32,000 bases of DNA from Thermodesulfobacteriota bacterium (GTDB lineage Bacteria > Desulfobacterota > WTBG01 > JAGOGO01), in the NCBI GenBank assembly GCA_026625185.1, contig CP113000.1, positions 2,952,651-2,984,650 on the forward strand, written 5' to 3'. Both the position numbers and the translations under genes were made by a program. Below are positions 18,457-27,499 of this stretch, piece by piece; position 1 is the stretch's first letter; each line of letters starts with the position of its first letter. The notes below the pieces were generated by a model. The model saw only the letters and a program-made list of their open reading frames with translations. It searched no databases and was not told where the DNA came from.

Positions 18457-18700
18457 TTGATCACGTGGTTATTTCGATCAAAATTTGTGATCATTAGTTA
18501 TTATGACATTAATTATTATGACCTAAATTATTATGACATAAGTTATTATGATAATAAAGTTATTAGCTAATTTAATCCCATTCATAAAAAAGGCAAAAAA
18601 TTCAACAAAATTTATTACTTTAAAACCTAACAGTGCAAAATTTATTATGATTTTTGTCATTATAGATAATGATTTTTGTCATTTTAAGATAACATTGTCG
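18457..18700 (-). promoter_or_regulatory. Repeat- and palindrome-rich 5' control region of the fhs/acs operon.
   Basis: Seen directly. Four exact-core 15-bp tandem units (AGTTATTATGACATT, AATTATTATGACCTA, AATTATTATGACATA, AGTTATTATGATAAT at 18496-18555) are followed by a degenerate unit running to 18570. A fifth TTATTATGA core lies at 18642-18650. ATGATTTTTGTCATT occurs twice (18647-18661 and 18669-18683). TGATCA occurs at 18458 and 18488, CACGTG at 18462, and TTGATC-N13-GATCAA at 18457-18481. Confidence 0.5.
18659..18687 (-). promoter_or_regulatory. Candidate sigma70-type promoter for the fhs operon: -35 TTAAAA, 17-nt spacer, -10 TATAAT.
   Basis: The minus strand reads TTAAAA-TGACAAAAATCATTATC-TATAAT. 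The -10 hexamer is perfect and the -35 is weak. The two AATGACAAAAATCAT repeats overlap the spacer and the region just downstream of the -10. This implies a leader of about 240 nt. Hexamer matches in AT-rich DNA are weak evidence. Confidence 0.3.
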
Positions 18701-18750
18701 TCAGTCCCATTTAAAACAGGTTGACATCCTGGGCATAAAGAACAAATTCA

Positions 18751-18798
18751 AATTTTAAAAAAGTAAATCCCGTTAGAAGACTTTCTAACGGGATTTAC
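18751..18798 (-). terminator. Rho-independent terminator downstream of the PEGA lipoprotein gene.
   Basis: A perfect 16-bp stem (GTAAATCCCGTTAGAA at 18763-18778 pairing with TTCTAACGGGATTTAC at 18783-18798) with a 4-nt loop. On the minus strand it is followed immediately by TTTTTTAAAATT. Confidence 0.7.
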
Positions 18799-18860
18799 TT
18801 GCTATTAAACTTTAATTCCCGTCCCCTTCTAACCAGGCAAGCGGGGACTTTCTAACGGAG
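18765..18860. repeat. Intergenic repeat element, copy A (about 96 bp, inverted ends CCGTTAGAA(A)G / CTTTCTAACGG).
   Basis: Copy A shares its 5' module AAATCCCGTTAGAARRCTTT with copy B. It also shares the 3' module CCCGTCC..CTT..AC.AGG.AA..CGGGG.CTTTCTAACGGAG.AAA.AAAAC. The middle differs. Confidence 0.6.
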
Positions 18861-18889
18861 TAAACAAAAACAGTTTAATGCGACAAGTT

Positions 18890-19426
18890 TTATTCTGCTT
18901 CTAATATAGGGAAAAATTCTTGTTCAGAACCCGGCGTTATTTGAATTTTCTCGGTCCATTGTTTAAATCCTTGTTTGCGCACTTCCAAAATGTAGGTATC
19001 AGGTTTAATTTTCTTTTTGGTAAGAGGAGAGGTTCCAATCATTTCATTATTCAGGTAGACTTCAGCTTCACTGGGCACTGATTTTATTTTAATACTCGCA
19101 AAATCTTCCAGGTTTTGCGGAACAGAAGGCGTTTCTCCACCTGCTGCATCTTCCCCTGGTTCTAATTCAAAAAAGATTTCTTTTTTAACCCCTCTTATAT
19201 ATCCACACCCAATATCTTTTGTTTGTGTTTGGTATCCGGGACAAGAAATTGTGATCTTATAATCCTTTGTTTTGTCACAGTCTAATTTAATCTCTAGAGG
19301 AGTTACTCCTTTAGGAATCTCGTTTATAGAAACAAAGGCTGTGGGAGGTTCAGATCGAATAATAGTTTTCCCTCCAGAACATGCAGCAATACCGATCAAT
19401 AAAAGCCAAATTATGTGTTTCATCAT
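18890..19426 (-). CDS. Lipoprotein with two PEGA-like beta-sandwich domains.
   Basis: 178-aa ORF. The signal peptide with lipobox is MMKHIIWLLLIGIAAC. There are two repeats of the type S.P.GA.V..N....G.TPL (IRSEPPTAFVSINEIPKGVTPLEI and IKSVPSEAEVYLNNEMIGTSPLT). RBS AGGGAGA. Confidence 0.65.
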   Translation of the reverse strand: MMKHIIWLLLIGIAACSGGKTIIRSEPPTAFVSINEIPKGVTPLEIKLDCDKTKDYKITISCPGYQTQTKDIGCGYIRGVKKEIFFELEPGEDAAGGETPSVPQNLEDFASIKIKSVPSEAEVYLNNEMIGTSPLTKKKIKPDTYILEVRKQGFKQWTEKIQITPGSEQEFFPILEAE

Positions 19427-19508
19427 TGCTTTTTTCTCCCTTTGTTTGGTTTCCGATCAACACAAATATTTTAACGGGTTCCTGTCGGAACCTATTGGTT
19501 TTAATTAT

Positions 19509-19874
19509 TTATCTGGATAATTCAAAAGCATTGCGTATCAACTCGATTCTTTTTTCCCTTGAATCAAATTCAATTGCAACAACATCAAAGCGTGCGGCTC
19601 GGTCAAACAATCGATTTTTCTGAAGATAGAAAAAGGCTACTTTAGTCAACTGATATCTTTTCCTTGCTGTAACACTGGCTTGAGGGCACCCATACTCAAG
19701 CGAAGAACGAGTTTTAACCTCAACAAAAACCAACGTATTCCCCTGAAGCGCAATGATATCAATCTCTCCGAATTTACAACGGAAGTTTTTTTCTAATATT
19801 TTATAGCGAAGTTTTTTAAGAAAACCAATAGCTAACTTTTCCCCTCTCTTTCCCATTTCTATACGAGAACCCAT
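19509..19874 (-). CDS. yraN: YraN-family (UPF0102) endonuclease-like protein.
   Basis: 121-aa ORF containing GEKLAIGFLKKLRYKILEKNFRCKFGEIDIIA....LVFVEVKTR, the characteristic UPF0102 pattern. The position after rnhB is the conserved synteny. Confidence 0.8.
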   Translation of the reverse strand: MGSRIEMGKRGEKLAIGFLKKLRYKILEKNFRCKFGEIDIIALQGNTLVFVEVKTRSSLEYGCPQASVTARKRYQLTKVAFFYLQKNRLFDRAARFDVVAIEFDSREKRIELIRNAFELSR

Positions 19875-19918
19875 GGTTTTGCCTCACCCTACAAACAATT
19901 GCTTTAATTAACCTTAGG

Positions 19919-20030
19919 AAATCCCGTTAGAAAGCTTTAACAAGAGGTATCATTTACCCCGCATGAAAAAGTGTAAAAAAATAATGTTACCCGTCCATCT
20001 TACAGGTAAAACGGGGCCTTTCTAACGGAG
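19919..20030. repeat. Intergenic repeat element, copy B (about 112 bp), between rnhB and yraN.
   Basis: AAATCCCGTTAGAAAGCTTT at 19919-19938 and CCCGTCCATCTTACAGGTAAAACGGGGCCTTTCTAACGGAG ending at 20030. The ends are inverted repeats of each other (TCCCGTTAGAAAG versus the reverse complement CTCCGTTAGAAAG). Confidence 0.6.
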
Positions 20031-20052
20031 CAAAAAAACAATTCCCGGTCAT

Positions 20053-20685
20053 TCAGAACAACTCGGGGATCGGAATAACCCCCCTAAAGGTTTTCCGATG
20101 AAGAGAGCAAAAACCATACTTACGCAGAGCCTTAAGGTGTTCTGGGGTTCCGTATCCTTTGTTGTTTTTAAAATTATAATAGGGATAAATATGATGATAT
20201 TTTTCCATTATTCGATCACGGATGATCTTGGCTATTACTGAGGCTGCTCCAATTAAAGGGCTCAGGAGGTCCCCATGAATAATGGGTTTTTGAGGAGTGC
20301 TATTGTTAATGGGGTGGGCGCCATCAATTAAGAGGTACTCCACTGGTGGAGGCAAATGATTCACGGCTAAGGCCATTGCTTTTAAGCTTGCTTGATGGAT
20401 GTTTATACAGTCAATCTCCCATTGATCCACAATCCCAAAACTAAAAGCAATAGAGCGGTCAAGAACCATTTCGAAAACTTTTTCCCGCGTAGTCGGAGAA
20501 AGCTTTTTTGAATCTAAAGGTCTTTTTATCGAATGGTCAGCGGGAAGAATGATAGCAGCAGCAACCACCGGACCTGCTAAGGGGCCTCGCCCCACTTCAT
20601 CAACGCCTGCTACATAGCGATAACCTTGAGCGTACAAGGCATTTTCAGGAGGGGATGAATACGAGGCGGGCAAAAGTTTTCCCAT
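20053..20685 (-). CDS. rnhB: Ribonuclease HII.
   Basis: 210-aa ORF containing AGVDEVGRGPLAGPVVAAA, DSKKL, ASVIAK and GYGT motifs. Confidence 0.9.
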   Translation of the reverse strand: MGKLLPASYSSPPENALYAQGYRYVAGVDEVGRGPLAGPVVAAAIILPADHSIKRPLDSKKLSPTTREKVFEMVLDRSIAFSFGIVDQWEIDCINIHQASLKAMALAVNHLPPPVEYLLIDGAHPINNSTPQKPIIHGDLLSPLIGAASVIAKIIRDRIMEKYHHIYPYYNFKNNKGYGTPEHLKALRKYGFCSLHRKTFRGVIPIPELF

Positions 20686-20721
20686 TCCTAAGGTTCCAAA
20701 GTTAGTAACGGGATTATTAAT

Positions 20722-21069
20722 CTAACTTTTCTTTTTTTCTTTAATCCGCGCCGCTTTTCCTTTAAGGTCGCGGATATAGTAAAGCCTAGACCGCCGAACG
20801 CGTCCGCGTTGGACAACCTCAACCTTATCTATTATCGGTGAATTAATGGGAAAAATTCGTTCAACCCCAACCCCATAAGAAACTTTTCGCGCGGTAAAAC
20901 TTGCTCCCATACCACCTTTCCGTTTCCTGATAACCAAGCCTTCAAAAACTTGTATCCGCTCTTTTTCGCCTTCCTTTATTTTCACATGGACACGAACGGT
21001 ATCCCCACCTTTAAACTGGGGTAACCCCATTTTTACGTGTTCCCTTTCAATTATCTCCAACGCTTTCAT
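20722..21069 (-). CDS. rplS: 50S ribosomal protein L19.
   Basis: 115-aa ORF containing [31 protein letters not shown] and [20 protein letters not shown]. The start overlaps the trmD 3' end by 23 nt. Confidence 0.93.
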   Translation of the reverse strand: MKALEIIEREHVKMGLPQFKGGDTVRVHVKIKEGEKERIQVFEGLVIRKRKGGMGASFTARKVSYGVGVERIFPINSPIIDKVEVVQRGRVRRSRLYYIRDLKGKAARIKEKKKS

Positions 21070-21820
21070 ATCGTATTTCCTGTAAACCGGTTAACTCTTT
21101 TTTAATATCTTTTAATAACTCACTTTCCTCAGAAGAAAGTTTTTTGTTTTCCAACAAATCTGGTCGTCTCAATAAAGTCCTTTTCAGCGATTCCCGAAGT
21201 CTCCAGCGCGTTATTTCTTTATGATGTCCGGATATAAGCACATCAGGCACTGTGAAGCCCCGGAAATCTCTTGGCCGCGTGTAATGGGGATATTCAAGCA
21301 GGCCAGCGGAAAAACTATCACTGCGACTGGATTCTTCTTTTCCCAATACCCCGGGGATAAAACGGCTGACCGATTCAATGATTACCAGTGCCGCTGCTTC
21401 CCCTCCATTAATAATAAAATCTCCTAATGAAATTTCTTGATCAACAAAATTTCTTATCCTTTCATCAACCCCTTCATATCTACCGCAGATAAGGATGATC
21501 TGAGTAAAATTAACTAAATCTTCGGCAACTTTTTGGGTAAAAATCTTGCCTTGCGGGGTTAACAAAATAGATTGAGATCCTCTTTGAAAATCTTTGGTTT
21601 TTTCAAGCGCCTCTACCACCGGCTCAGGTTTTAAGACCATGCCTGCCCCTCCCCCAAAAGGGGTATCATCCGTCATGTGGTGTTTATCCTTTGCAAAATC
21701 ACGGATATTATGAACTCTAACCTGAATTAACCCTTTTTCCTGTGCCTTTCCTAAAATACTTTCATTTAAAGGAGATGTAAAAAAATCAGGAAATAGGGTT
21801 AAAATATCAAAGGTAGTCAT
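21047..21820 (-). CDS. trmD: tRNA (guanine37-N1)-methyltransferase.
   Basis: 257-aa ORF containing [52 protein letters not shown] and [12 protein letters not shown]. Confidence 0.93.
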   Translation of the reverse strand: MTTFDILTLFPDFFTSPLNESILGKAQEKGLIQVRVHNIRDFAKDKHHMTDDTPFGGGAGMVLKPEPVVEALEKTKDFQRGSQSILLTPQGKIFTQKVAEDLVNFTQIILICGRYEGVDERIRNFVDQEISLGDFIINGGEAAALVIIESVSRFIPGVLGKEESSRSDSFSAGLLEYPHYTRPRDFRGFTVPDVLISGHHKEITRWRLRESLKRTLLRRPDLLENKKLSSEESELLKDIKKELTGLQEIRYESVGDN

Positions 21821-21897
21821 GATCTTAGGATTCCCTCTCGTGAGCCTTTCTTCCCTCTCCCCTTATTCTCCAGCCTGAAACAACCCTTTCTGCTGAT

Positions 21898-22128
21898 TTA
21901 CTCCATGATTTCCAGTACTACTCGTTTGTTAATTTTAGCTGAGGCAGCTGCCAAAATAGTTCTTATCGCTCTGGCAGTCCGGCCTTGTTTTCCGATGATT
22001 TTCCCCAAATCTTCTTTAGCAACTTTAAGTTCGAGAACTGATGTCCTTTCGCCTTCAACCTCATTTACCTCAACGTGATTAGGTTGATCAACCAGTGCTT
22101 CAGCAATAAATTTTATCAACTCTTTCAT
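21898..22128 (-). CDS. KH-domain RNA-binding protein (UPF0109, YlqC/KhpA-like).
   Basis: It contains [56 protein letters not shown]. The track start (GTG at 22143) lies inside the GGAGGA RBS, so I prefer the ATG at 22128 (MKELIKF). Confidence 0.85.
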   Translation of the reverse strand: MKELIKFIAEALVDQPNHVEVNEVEGERTSVLELKVAKEDLGKIIGKQGRTARAIRTILAAASAKINKRVVLEIME

Positions 22129-22162
22129 CGCTCTATCCTCCACCCAAACAAAAACTAAAGAT

Positions 22163-22450
22163 TCACATCTCTTCCCGATAAACTATGCCGCCTGATTTTT
22201 CTTTATTTTTTTGCCAAATTCCCTCTTTTTTTAACAAAGAAAGTACTGTCTCTGTCGGTTGGGCGCCTTTTTTAATCCAGGAAATAATTCTCTCTGATTT
22301 TAGGTTAACCACTATAGGATTGCTTCGGGGAGAATAAAACCCCAAAATTTCCAAAAACCGACCATCCCTTGGAGCCCTCGAGTCAGTTGCGATAATTCGA
22401 TAAAATGGTTTCTTGTTTGTTCCAAAACGCGTAAGTCGAATTTTTACCAT
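22163..22450 (-). CDS. rpsP: 30S ribosomal protein S16.
   Basis: 95-aa ORF containing [53 protein letters not shown]. Confidence 0.93.
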   Translation of the reverse strand: MVKIRLTRFGTNKKPFYRIIATDSRAPRDGRFLEILGFYSPRSNPIVVNLKSERIISWIKKGAQPTETVLSLLKKEGIWQKNKEKSGGIVYREEM

Positions 22451-22504
22451 GCCCTCACATCACCTCCTTTTTGATTTCTGAAAAATACAATTGATTAGCA
22501 AGCA

Positions 22505-23836
22505 TTAAAGGCCGGGAATCATTCCTTTGGGAAGACCTTTCATTCCAAAATTTTTAAATTTTTTGATCATTTTACTCGCCATAAAATATTTTTTCAAGAG
22601 TTGATTAACGTCTTTAACTTCTGTCCCGCTCCCCCGGGCAATCCGTCGCCTTCGACTCCCATCAATGATGTGGTGCTTTCTTCTTTCTTCTTTGGTCATA
22701 GAATTAATAATGGCTTCAATTTTTACCAGTTCCTTTTCGTCAACATTGACTCCCTTTAACACCTTGGGACTAAAGCCGGGAATCATACTAAGAAGTTGTT
22801 CTAATGAACCCATTTTTCTTATTTGCTGAAGTTGCTCCAAAAAATCTTCCAAAGTAAAAACTCCTTTGTGAAGTTTTTTTTCCATTTCCCGGGTCTTGCG
22901 TTCATCCAACGTTGCTTCAGCTTTCTCAATCAGGGAAAGCACATCCCCCATCCCCAGGATTCGAGAAGCCATCCGATCAGGATAAAAAGCTTCCAGATCT
23001 TCCATCTTCTCTCCCATCCCGACAAATTTAATCGGTTTTTTGGTAACCGTTTTAATGGATAGGGCTGCACCCCCCCGGGCATCACCATCCATTTTTGTCA
23101 AAATAACTCCCGTAAGATCCAAAACCTCATCAAATTTGAGGGCCACACTGACTGCCTCTTGGCCAGTCATAGCATCAGCCAGCAAAAGAATCTCTTGAGG
23201 TTTAATAGTGAGTTTAATCTCTTGGAGCTCATTCATTAAAGGTTCATCAATATGCCATCTTCCTGCAGTATCAATTAAAATAGTATCATAGTTGCTCTCG
23301 CGAGCTTTATTGAGCCCTTTTTTGCATATTTCTACCGGCCTTTCCCCTTTCTGCGGAAGGTAAACCGGGAGCTTTAGTGATTCTCCTATCTGTCGGAGCT
23401 GCTCAATCGCTGCCGGCCGATAAATGTCAACCGGGATTAAAAAAGGGCGCCGGTTTTTCTGCAAAAGTAGTCGTGATAATTTTCCAACGGTCGTAGTTTT
23501 CCCTGATCCTTGAAGTCCAACAAACATCAAGGAAACGGGAGGTTGTCCGGTTAGATTTAAATCTGTCTTTTCACCACCCAGGAGCTGAATCAATTCCTGG
23601 TGAACTATTTTAATTACCTGTTGGGCTGGGGTAAGGCTTTCAAGCACTTCCTGCCCGATCACTCTTTTCCGCAAAACCTCAATAAAGTCTTTTACTACTC
23701 GAAAATTGACATCTGCTTCCAATAAAGCTAGCCGGATTTCCCGTAAAACCTCCTTGATGTTATCTTCAGAGAGTTTTCCGTGCCCTTTTAGCTTTTTAAA
23801 AACAAGACCGAGTTTTTCGCTAAGATTATCGAACAT
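22505..23836 (-). CDS. ffh: Signal recognition particle protein Ffh.
   Basis: 443-aa ORF containing MFDNLSEKL, LLEADVNFRVV, GLQGSGKTTT, DTAGR, TKMDGDARGGAALS and a Met-rich M domain. Confidence 0.95.
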   Translation of the reverse strand: MFDNLSEKLGLVFKKLKGHGKLSEDNIKEVLREIRLALLEADVNFRVVKDFIEVLRKRVIGQEVLESLTPAQQVIKIVHQELIQLLGGEKTDLNLTGQPPVSLMFVGLQGSGKTTTVGKLSRLLLQKNRRPFLIPVDIYRPAAIEQLRQIGESLKLPVYLPQKGERPVEICKKGLNKARESNYDTILIDTAGRWHIDEPLMNELQEIKLTIKPQEILLLADAMTGQEAVSVALKFDEVLDLTGVILTKMDGDARGGAALSIKTVTKKPIKFVGMGEKMEDLEAFYPDRMASRILGMGDVLSLIEKAEATLDERKTREMEKKLHKGVFTLEDFLEQLQQIRKMGSLEQLLSMIPGFSPKVLKGVNVDEKELVKIEAIINSMTKEERRKHHIIDGSRRRRIARGSGTEVKDVNQLLKKYFMASKMIKKFKNFGMKGLPKGMIPGL

Positions 23837-24063
23837 AGTGAAATAAAATAAAATTTAAAATTCGGGATATCGTATTTTAAAATCTTTTATCAAAATATTT
23901 TTTTTACATTTTGTCAAGAAAAATCAACTAATTTCAATTTTTTCTTTGCCCTTTCTTACAAACTTTTCTTCCCATTCTTTCATTGGGAAGACCTTAAACA
24001 AGGCAAGGAATCCTTTGTTTTGAAATCATCAACCATTTTTAATTAACAACCTTATTTCTTTTT

Positions 24064-25578
24064 TTAACTATGCGAGAGGTGGGCCAAGCGGTTCAAAGCG
24101 TTGATATAAGCTTTGGCGCTCGCCAAAATTATATCCGTATGCGCGCCCTGGCCGGTAGCCACCAGACCGTTTTCCTCCAGACGGACGGTAACTTCACCCT
24201 GGGCGTCAGTTCCTCCGGTAATTGCGTTCACTAAAAATTTAAGGAGTTTACTTTTTGTTCCGGTAATCTTGGCAATTGTCTTAAACGCGGCATCAACCGG
24301 ACCGTCACCGAAACCGGCCTCCTTCACAACCATTCCGTCAACCTCCATCTCCACCGTGGCCGTAGGAATAGCACCAGTGCCGCTGATGGCGTTTAAATTA
24401 ATAAGCTTATACTTTTCGGGAATCCTCAAAAATTCCTCGGCAATGAGGGCTTCTAAGTCTTCATCAAAAACTTCTTTTTTTTTGTCGGCCAAGTCTTTAA
24501 ATTGTTTAAACAGGATATTAACCTCCTCATCGCTCAGCTCATATCCAAGTTTTTTCAAACGGTCCTTGAAAGCATGTCTTCCCGAATGTTTTCCCAGCAC
24601 TAACGTGGACTGAGAAATACCAATTGACTCCGGGGTCATAATTTCGTAGGTAATCTTTTCCTTGAGCAACCCATCCTGATGAATGCCGGATTCATGTGCG
24701 AAAGCATTGCTTCCCACAATCGCTTTATTCGGCTGAACGCTGATCCCGGTGATCTGAGTCAGCAGACGACTGGTGGGATGAATCTGTTCGGTAACAATCT
24801 GGGTATAGAGATGTTTGAAAAAATCCTTCCGGGTTCGGATGGACATCACAATTTCTTCCATCGAAGCATTTCCGGCCCGTTCACCGATTCCATTAATCGT
24901 ACATTCCACTTGACGAACGCCGTATTGCACTGCCGCCAACGCATTTGCGACCGCAAGCCCCAGATCATTGTGGCAGTGGACACTCAAAATGGCCCGGTGG
25001 ATATTTGAAACATTTTTCATGAGATGGTTGATCAAATCACCAAACTCCTGGGGAATAGCATACCCCACGGTATCCGGGATATTAATCGTCACGGCGCCGG
25101 CTTTAATCGCCTCCTCAACCACCCTGCAAAGATACTCCCGGTCGGTCCGGGTGGCATCCATGGCTGAAAATTCTACATAGGGAGTATACGATTTAGCGCG
25201 TTTTACCGCATGAATCGCTTTTTCAAGCACCTCCTCCTGGGATAAGTAAAGCTGATATTTGAGGTGAAGCTCCGAGGTTGAAATAAAGGTGTGAATCACC
25301 GGGTGAGCAGCCTCTTTAATGGCTTCCCATGCGCGATCAATGTCTTTATCTTCCGTCCGGGCGAGGGCGGCGATTTTTGAGTGCTTAATATTTTTGGCGA
25401 TTGCCCGAACGGCCTGGAAGTCACCCTCGGATGCAATCGGGAAGCCGGCTTCCATAATATCCACATTCAACTTTTCCAGTTGTTTGGCAACCTGCATCTT
25501 CTCTTGAATATTCATGCTGAAACCCGGAGATTGTTCTCCGTCCCTCAGCGTAGTATCGAAAATTAAAATTTTTTCCAT
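24064..25578 (-). CDS. leuA: 2-isopropylmalate synthase (short bacterial LeuA form with a C-terminal regulatory domain).
   Basis: 504-aa ORF containing IFDTTLRDGEQSPG, HCHNDLGLAVAN, GIGERAGNA and FAHESGIHQDG. A citramalate synthase paralogue cannot be excluded from sequence alone. Confidence 0.85.
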   Translation of the reverse strand: MEKILIFDTTLRDGEQSPGFSMNIQEKMQVAKQLEKLNVDIMEAGFPIASEGDFQAVRAIAKNIKHSKIAALARTEDKDIDRAWEAIKEAAHPVIHTFISTSELHLKYQLYLSQEEVLEKAIHAVKRAKSYTPYVEFSAMDATRTDREYLCRVVEEAIKAGAVTINIPDTVGYAIPQEFGDLINHLMKNVSNIHRAILSVHCHNDLGLAVANALAAVQYGVRQVECTINGIGERAGNASMEEIVMSIRTRKDFFKHLYTQIVTEQIHPTSRLLTQITGISVQPNKAIVGSNAFAHESGIHQDGLLKEKITYEIMTPESIGISQSTLVLGKHSGRHAFKDRLKKLGYELSDEEVNILFKQFKDLADKKKEVFDEDLEALIAEEFLRIPEKYKLINLNAISGTGAIPTATVEMEVDGMVVKEAGFGDGPVDAAFKTIAKITGTKSKLLKFLVNAITGGTDAQGEVTVRLEENGLVATGQGAHTDIILASAKAYINALNRLAHLSHS

Positions 25579-25598
25579 GGTAATCCATCAAAAAAACA

Positions 25599-26393
25599 TT
25601 ACACTTTCAATTCCCTCGTTTTTTTTTCTCGCGCGCTCTTCCAAAAAGATACCAGCTTGCCAAATAAAGCTAACACCGGACCGGAAAAAACATAAAGGAA
25701 AAAAATCACAAAGAGAGTAATTTGGGGTTCGGCAGCTACTAAAATAATCACACATAAGGTGATCACCAAAATTTGAAACGGTATCGTGCTGGTCAATTCA
25801 AGCTTTTTAAGGCTGTGATACCGAATTTTACTCACCATCATAAAAGAAAGAAAAAACGTCAAAAGCAGGATAGTGATATGTTTGCTGGAATCCACCCATC
25901 CCGCATGATAAGCAATGATAATGGTGGTAGCGATCATCACTCCTGCTCCGGGGCTGGGTAATCCTTGAAAATATCTGGTTTCCACGCTCCCGAAATTGAC
26001 ATTAAACCGGGCAAGTCGCAAGGCGGCGCAGGCAACATAAAGAAATGCTGCCAGCCAACCAATCCTTCCAAAAGGGGTCAATGCCCAAGTATAGATTAAG
26101 AGGCCCGGAGCTAAGCCAAAGGCGATAAGGTCGGAGAGAGAATCATATTCCATCCCAAACTGACTCATAGAATTACTGAGGCGCGCGATCTTTCCGTCAA
26201 GCCAATCAAAACCGGCAGAAAATAAGATCGCCCACGCGGCTTTGGTAAAATCACTGTGGAAAGAAGCAATAATTGAATAAAACGCACAAAAAAGACTGCA
26301 GGTAGTAAAAAAATTCGGCAAAATATAAATTCCCTTCCGCAGGTCTCTTGCTTGTTTAATCTTTTTTCTGTTTCCAAAGAATTGTCGTTTCAC
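25599..26393 (-). CDS. pssA: CDP-diacylglycerol--serine O-phosphatidyltransferase (CDP-alcohol phosphatidyltransferase family).
   Basis: 264-aa polytopic membrane ORF with a GTG start and AAGGAG RBS. The motif DWLDGKIARLSNSMSQFGMEYDSLSD matches DGx2ARx8Gx3Dx3D. Confidence 0.8.
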   Translation of the reverse strand: MKRQFFGNRKKIKQARDLRKGIYILPNFFTTCSLFCAFYSIIASFHSDFTKAAWAILFSAGFDWLDGKIARLSNSMSQFGMEYDSLSDLIAFGLAPGLLIYTWALTPFGRIGWLAAFLYVACAALRLARFNVNFGSVETRYFQGLPSPGAGVMIATTIIIAYHAGWVDSSKHITILLLTFFLSFMMVSKIRYHSLKKLELTSTIPFQILVITLCVIILVAAEPQITLFVIFFLYVFSGPVLALFGKLVSFWKSAREKKTRELKV

Positions 26394-26471
26394 TCGTTAC
26401 TCCTTTCACCGTTTTGGTTTTGAGTACTGCGATTCATTGGTGTAATCACCCAAAACACTAGGAGCGGGCAT

Positions 26472-27479
<1,008 letters not shown>

Positions 27480-27499
27480 TCACAATCGCAATGTACCTG

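Noticed and set aside
18496-18570. Possible CRISPR array, suggested by regularly spaced repeats.
   Set aside because: The units are contiguous 15-bp tandem repeats with no spacers. They are far shorter than CRISPR repeats, and no cas genes are present.
18698-18736. ZTP (pfl) riboswitch fragments upstream of fhs: GGGACTGACG on the minus strand and CCTGGGCA on the plus strand.
   Set aside because: fhs and folD are classic ZTP-regulated genes, so I looked. The two partial matches lie on opposite strands and in the wrong order for either orientation, and the conserved GACUGGCG / CCGCCUGGGCA cores are not intact.
19477-19492. Hairpin GGTTCC-tgtc-GGAACC downstream of yraN.
   Set aside because: It has only a 6-bp stem and no U-run on the minus strand. 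That is too weak to call a terminator.
22129-22143. GTG start of the KH-protein track ORF (MEDRA...).
   Set aside because: The GTG lies within the GGAGGA Shine-Dalgarno sequence that serves the ATG at 22128.
23950-24040. Two mini-ORFs on the minus strand in the leuA-ffh spacer (MVDDFKTKDSLPCLRSSQ and MKEWEEKFVRKGKEKIEIS), plus hairpins CTTCCCA...TGGGAAG and AAACAA...TTGTTT.
   Set aside because: At 18-19 aa with no credible RBS, they cannot be supported from sequence alone. The hairpins lack a following U-tract, so I do not call a terminator. A TTGACA at 23917-23912 (minus strand) has no good -10 partner at 16-18 nt.
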